Virus record (IMG/VR): IMGVR_UViG_3300037461_001375
Reading direction: 5' to 3' (one strand)
DNA: 20,000 bases
Source: an uncultured virus (IMG/VR IMGVR_UViG_3300037461_001375)
Taxonomy: Duplodnaviria > Heunggongvirae > Uroviricota > Caudoviricetes
Shown: one piece after another, positions 16,505 through 20,000 of the stretch
Layout of the letters: each line of letters starts with the position of its first letter
Position numbering within the stretch: the first letter of the stretch is position 1
Notes under the pieces: model-generated
What the model saw: the letters and a program-made list of their open reading frames with translations, nothing else
Told to the model about the DNA's origin: nothing
The model's database searches: none
Position numbers and translations under genes: made by a program

Positions 16505-17945
16505 AAGCCCACGGTTCGAGTTGACGGATTTGAAGTTTCATTCTCCGTTCTTCTGTCTGAGGGAGTATGTGCAAAACGGATGTGTTTGCTGCCGACCGTC
16601 TAAAAAGTTTCCTACCACGCCAAGCAAGCGCTCCAGCGACGAAAGTATCGGGAGGGTGCCCCGACCCGAATATGTCGTCATTCAAGCAGTACTTGTGTTC
16701 TCTATACATGTAGTCAATTCTGGGTGCAATGAGTTCTCTGTTTTCCAGCGCAGCGATGTACTCGGAGAAAAGATCGAGCCGGTTCCTGCCAACCAGAAGC
16801 TCACCGTGGCACTTGTGCTCTAAAAGATCGTTGATAACGTTTCCCAAGCCGGTAGCATCGTGAACTAGTGCCCCTCCATATTTTTCCAGACGAGCATTGA
16901 CTTTGTTCACCATGACGGGCCATGGAAGACGGGCGCAGCGTTCAAACGCAACCAAACGCCAAGGGGTATCAATCTTGTACGTAACGATGACGGTCCAGTC
17001 TTGTTCTTTGGCCCAGTCAACTCCGGTTACGTAGTTGCCCATCTCATCGGGAGTTTCGATTACCAAACAAAAATTTTCTCGACCTTCGTAGTTTCCGATT
17101 GTCGGGTCAAAGGACCACTCAACAGCTTCCTGTTGAATCGCGCGCCCTTCTGCCGAAGGTTCTTGGAGTTCATATTCTGTGTCCCACATGTTGGCTGGGA
17201 CACGCTTGCGTGCAGCTTTGATGTCATTCGGAGAGAGCCACCCTCCGGCCATCGACTCCCTGTAGCACCATTGGTACAGGGGGATTCCTCTTTCGTGCGA
17301 TCTTTTAAGTAGAGCCGTCATGGTTCCATCCGGATACTGGTGGGTGGACGACATGACGGTTTGAGCAGGGACGCCGTTCTTGGACATCGGCTGCCCCAGA
17401 GCCGCATCCAGAATCGGCAGCTTCATTTCGTCGCACTCATCCAGCCGGAGTCTCACAGGGTGGGGACCACGAACCGAGGTCGAAGACGCAAGCAGAGCTT
17501 CGATTGATGCACCGTTGACTAGGACGGTGCGCATTTTTGTTGGATCTTCGGAGAGGAGGTATCTCGGTGCTGCCGGGAAGTTCCAAAGGTCCTGCATGTA
17601 CCTGTGAACGTTTTGCGATTGAGCCCCAGACCCCCCGAGGATAGTGGCAGAAGCCCCCAACGCCACCGCCTCCGTGAGCCCCAGTGTCGCGAGGAGAAAA
17701 CTTTTCCCCCCGAGGCCCCGGCTCGCAATCCAAATCGTGTCCGAGTGTCTGCAAAAATACGCATCGGAGAAAGCCTCGAATGGTGCTCTATGCTGGGGGC
17801 AAATGCGAATACGGGGAATTTGCACACCCCAGACGCACGCTACAAATTCCCACAGCTCATCGTCAGTTTCCGGCCATCTTTCGATGACAACGGACTCTGC
17901 TTCGCTAGCTGAGGTACTTCCAATAGAGGACATTGCCATTTTCAA
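16494..17945 (-). CDS. terL: Terminase large subunit
   Basis: Walker A-like ASRGLGGKS, Walker B LRLDECDE, coupling motif SST, RNase H-like nuclease GVDWAKEQDWT..DATGLG..HPPDT. Exact start uncertain (TTG 17945, ATG 17939 or ATG 17933). Confidence 0.96.
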   Translation of the reverse strand: MKMAMSSIGSTSASEAESVVIERWPETDDELWEFVACVWGVQIPRIRICPQHRAPFEAFSDAYFCRHSDTIWIASRGLGGKSFLLATLGLTEAVALGASATILGGSGAQSQNVHRYMQDLWNFPAAPRYLLSEDPTKMRTVLVNGASIEALLASSTSVRGPHPVRLRLDECDEMKLPILDAALGQPMSKNGVPAQTVMSSTHQYPDGTMTALLKRSHERGIPLYQWCYRESMAGGWLSPNDIKAARKRVPANMWDTEYELQEPSAEGRAIQQEAVEWSFDPTIGNYEGRENFCLVIETPDEMGNYVTGVDWAKEQDWTVIVTYKIDTPWRLVAFERCARLPWPVMVNKVNARLEKYGGALVHDATGLGNVINDLLEHKCHGELLVGRNRLDLFSEYIAALENRELIAPRIDYMYREHKYCLNDDIFGSGHPPDTFVAGALAWRGRKLFRRSAANTSVLHILPQTEERRMKLQIRQLEPWAYDE

Positions 17946-18093
17946 CTTTCGAATAGTTCCAAAGTCTCACCCAGTGGTCTTTGTGACGGTATGCTTTGAA
18001 AATTTCACCAAATTTGTCTTGAACTTCAACGGTAAGGCCATGAACCGGGAGTTTTTCGGCTGGGTCATACAATGTGTTCGGCTTTTCCATCAT
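17905..18093 (-). CDS. Small hypothetical protein between terS and terL
   Basis: 62 aa. ATGA overlap with the terS stop; fills the operon gap. Confidence 0.65.
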   Translation of the reverse strand: MMEKPNTLYDPAEKLPVHGLTVEVQDKFGEIFKAYRHKDHWVRLWNYSKVENGNVLYWKYLS

Positions 18094-18617
18094 TGAACCT
18101 TAATCGGAGGGGGGATTTCAGACAAGTCGATAACTTTTTCTTCCTGACCGTGAAGTTTTCTAACATTTCGTAAATTTTCAATGTATTTTGCTTCCCCTCC
18201 CCCCAAAACCAGAACTCCAATTCCGGAAGGTTGGGTCGCACCATTCCCATTCCCATTCATTCCGGATTTGTTAGCCATCCGAATGTCAACCTCATCTCCC
18301 CAGCTTTCCACCGTCCCCGGTTTCCCGTGCCGGTATTCCATGACCATTCGGATAGCTTCCAATGCAATATCTGGCCTCTCATCCGTTTCTTTCAGAATGA
18401 TTTTCGTCAGCCGTATAACCGCAGCTCTCTCCACCGGTTCCAGCAAATCCCGTAAAGCTTTCCGTGCCTGTAGCCTAGACATCCGGTCCATGGAGAGCTT
18501 TTGCAGCTCTCCAGTTTCCGGATTCCTAACCATCAGTTCGGAGGAGGCCTTCTTCGGTCTTCCCGCTCCCGGTCTCCTACCCCCCTTCCCGGAGGGTACT
18601 TTTACCAATCCACTCAT
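18090..18617 (-). CDS. Probable terminase small subunit
   Basis: N-terminal GGRRPGAGRPKK DNA-binding motif, helical core ending in MEYRHGKP. Upstream of terL. Confidence 0.75.
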   Translation of the reverse strand: MSGLVKVPSGKGGRRPGAGRPKKASSELMVRNPETGELQKLSMDRMSRLQARKALRDLLEPVERAAVIRLTKIILKETDERPDIALEAIRMVMEYRHGKPGTVESWGDEVDIRMANKSGMNGNGNGATQPSGIGVLVLGGGEAKYIENLRNVRKLHGQEEKVIDLSEIPPPIKVQ

Positions 18618-19141
18618 CCGTCTCTATCCGTCCTAAGCCACGCATGGACGCATCCCGACGTGTAGGCTGTGACCTTAACACTCAACTCCTCACAGCAAGC
18701 TCTGATTTCAACGTTTCCCGTCTCCGTCAGGTCTGTGCCTTCTTGCACGTCAGGGCACAGGTAGCTCTCAGCACAAGACCTACAGTAAACTTTAGCCGTG
18801 GCTGTCCCGGTAATCAGCACAGTCACCGTCTTGTACCCCGACGCACCCGCCAGTCGACGAGTCAGCTCGCACGGTGGGCTGGGACACGCACAGACACTGC
18901 CAAAATACCCCCCACCCTTGCCCGAGGTCGGCGTTGCCGTCGGCGTGGAGGTTGGCGTGGCAGTCGGTGTAGAGGTCGGGGTGAAGGTTGGAGTTACCGT
19001 TGGCGTGGCAGTCGGTGTGTCGGTCGGTGTGTCAGTTGGGGTTGCTGTGGGGGTTTCGGTCGGTGTGTCATCCCCAAGGATCGGGAGAGGGGGGATGCTC
19101 AGAAGCCCGGCCACAAGCATTACTTTTACCAGCTTTCGCAT
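18614..19141 (-). CDS. Putative exported protein: signal peptide, (TPT)n linker, Cys-rich beta domain
   Basis: MRKLVKVMLVAGLLSIPPLPILG followed by ~48 aa of TPTx repeats, then a domain with 9 Cys. GGAGG RBS. ATGA overlap with terS. Confidence 0.85.
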   Translation of the reverse strand: MRKLVKVMLVAGLLSIPPLPILGDDTPTETPTATPTDTPTDTPTATPTVTPTFTPTSTPTATPTSTPTATPTSGKGGGYFGSVCACPSPPCELTRRLAGASGYKTVTVLITGTATAKVYCRSCAESYLCPDVQEGTDLTETGNVEIRACCEELSVKVTAYTSGCVHAWLRTDRDG

Positions 19142-19145
19142 GTTT

Positions 19146-19202
19146 CCTCCATTTTGGGGGTTTATAGCAAGCTAATCCTATACCAACAACCGCCTTTTTC
19201 AA
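19146..19202 (-). promoter_or_regulatory. Candidate sigma70-type promoter(s) and RBS for the morphogenesis operon
   Basis: TTGAAA(19202-19197)-N16-TAGGAT(19180-19175), and an overlapping TTGTTG(19189-19184)-N17-TATAAA(19166-19161) with a TG extension. GGAGG at 19150-19146. Confidence 0.45.
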
Positions 19203-19353
19203 AGGATTTTATGGCTAAATATCGGGAAGGTTGAGGGGGTTCTACGGCTAAACTTTCCGACGGCCTGCATTGGGGGGTTGGTTGGGGTGGGTGATGGCAA
19301 AAAGTTCTGCCAAAAAAATTTTCCGGCCTTTAATGGTCCACCGTAAAAAGTTT

Positions 19354-19467
19354 CCGCTAAACGTTAAAAAAGGCCGCTAAACGTTAAAAAAGGCCGCTAA
19401 ACGTTAAAAAATTCCGCCAAAAAAATTGAAAAAAATTCCGCCAAAAAAATTGAAAAAAATTCCGCTA
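19354..19467. repeat. A-tract tandem repeats: 3 x 20 bp, then 2 x 24 bp
   Basis: CCGCTAAACGTTAAAAAA(GG/TT) at 19354, 19374 and 19394; CCGCCAAAAAAATTGAAAAAAATT at 19414 and 19438; partial CCGCTA at 19462. Confidence 0.97.
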
Positions 19468-19542
19468 TAGAAGGGGTGGGCTACATCTAGAAGGACCATC
19501 GCGTGCGATGGATTCGCGGGTCGGCCGGAAACGTGTCTCACG

Positions 19543-19703
19543 GTACATTTTTGTGCGCCGACCGTCATGTATGTGACGCAGCGACCCCCCGGAACGACAA
19601 AAAATGTCACCAGCCCGGCCAAAAATGTACGATTGACAAACATTTTTGAACACGGTGACAAATTTTGTCGTACATTTTTGGACACGGTGACAAAGTTTGT
19701 CAC
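19543..19703. repeat. ACATTTTTG boxes in both orientations plus two GTGACAAA-N-TTTGTC palindromes
   Basis: GTACATTTTTG at 19543 and 19670, inverted copy at 19620-19630. ~30-bp direct repeat at 19640 and 19672. Perfect GTGACAAA-G-TTTGTCAC at 19687-19703. Confidence 0.9.
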
Positions 19704-19707
19704 GCCG

Positions 19708-19795
19708 TGAGACACGGTTGAGACACGAATGAGACACGTGAGACACGTGAGACAGGCTGTGAGACACGGCTGAGACACGTGAGACACGTGTCTCA
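19708..19795. repeat. Iteron-like TGAGACA(CG) array ending in a 16-bp palindrome
   Basis: Eight direct copies at 19708, 19719, 19730, 19739, 19748, 19760, 19771 and 19780; TGAGACACGTGTCTCA at 19780-19795. Confidence 0.97.
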
Positions 19796-19800
19796 TACGG

Positions 19801-20000
19801 GCCACGGGCCACCCTGCCACGGGCCACGGGCCACCCTGCCACGGGCCACCCTGCTACGGGCCACGGGCCACCCTGCCACGGGCCACGGGCCACCCTGCCA
19901 CGGGCCACCCTGCTACGGGCCACGGGCCACCCTGCTACGGGCCACGGGCCACCCTGCCACGGGCCACCCTGCCACGGGCCACCCTGCTACGGGCCACGGG
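19801..20000. repeat. GC-rich 7/8-mer satellite-like array (continues past the window edge)
   Basis: 27 full units of GCCACGG, GCCACCCT or GCTACGG, with an exact 59-bp higher-order duplication. Confidence 0.98.

Noticed and set aside
11196..17945. Inteins, introns, homing endonucleases or stop-codon reassignment in terminase, portal or capsid
   Set aside because: These genes are of normal length and uninterrupted under the standard code, with tight stop/start overlaps and no splicing motifs seen.
18644..19234. Plus-strand ORFs with VGV or Arg-rich repeats
   Set aside because: Antisense reading of the TPT repeats. The minus-strand gene has the RBS, signal peptide and operon coupling.
19633..19661. 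Perfect TTGACA -35 box on the plus strand
   Set aside because: No acceptable -10 at 16-18 bp (TGACAA). The hexamer is part of the TGACAAA repeat motif.
19404..19923. Minus-strand ORFs 19404..19820 and 19465..19923
   Set aside because: Translations simply mirror the DNA repeats. Unit lengths of 7, 8, 11 and 20 bp are not codon multiples, and no RBS is evident.
19354..20000. Possible CRISPR array
   Set aside because: Repeats are tandem or nearly so, without unique 25-45 bp spacers. No cas genes in the window.

Overview
A contiguous, apparently intact morphogenesis operon of a tailed dsDNA (Caudoviricetes) phage or prophage, all on the minus strand. No tail sheath is visible, so it looks siphovirus-like. 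In transcription order (right to left): a ~0.85 kb non-coding block of several different repeat arrays, running off the right edge (candidate genome terminus, packaging site or origin); a candidate promoter; a secreted Pro/Thr-repeat Cys-rich protein; small terminase; a small ORF; large terminase; PBSX-type portal; a 589-aa multidomain protein ending in an XkdF-type prohead protease; a Mu Com-like zinc ribbon; scaffold; major capsid; a probable decoration protein; a terminator; four neck genes; two small genes; tail tube; a tail assembly chaperone with a recoded extension; a 1430-aa tape measure; a DUF2460-like distal tail; and a DUF2163/BR0599-like hub. The most unusual elements are: (1) a chaperone recoding site where the slippery G-run and the stop codon form the two arms of one perfect 12-bp hairpin, with a duplicated CAA-ACC that would also allow a ribosomal hop; (2) a protease polyprotein carrying what looks like a catalytically dead LigD phosphoesterase fold, with the last conserved protease motif displaced onto the scaffold gene beyond the Com-like gene; (3) a LamG domain inserted into the hub; (4) the layered repeat arrays upstream of terS. 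All family assignments come from motif recognition and gene order. No searches were run.
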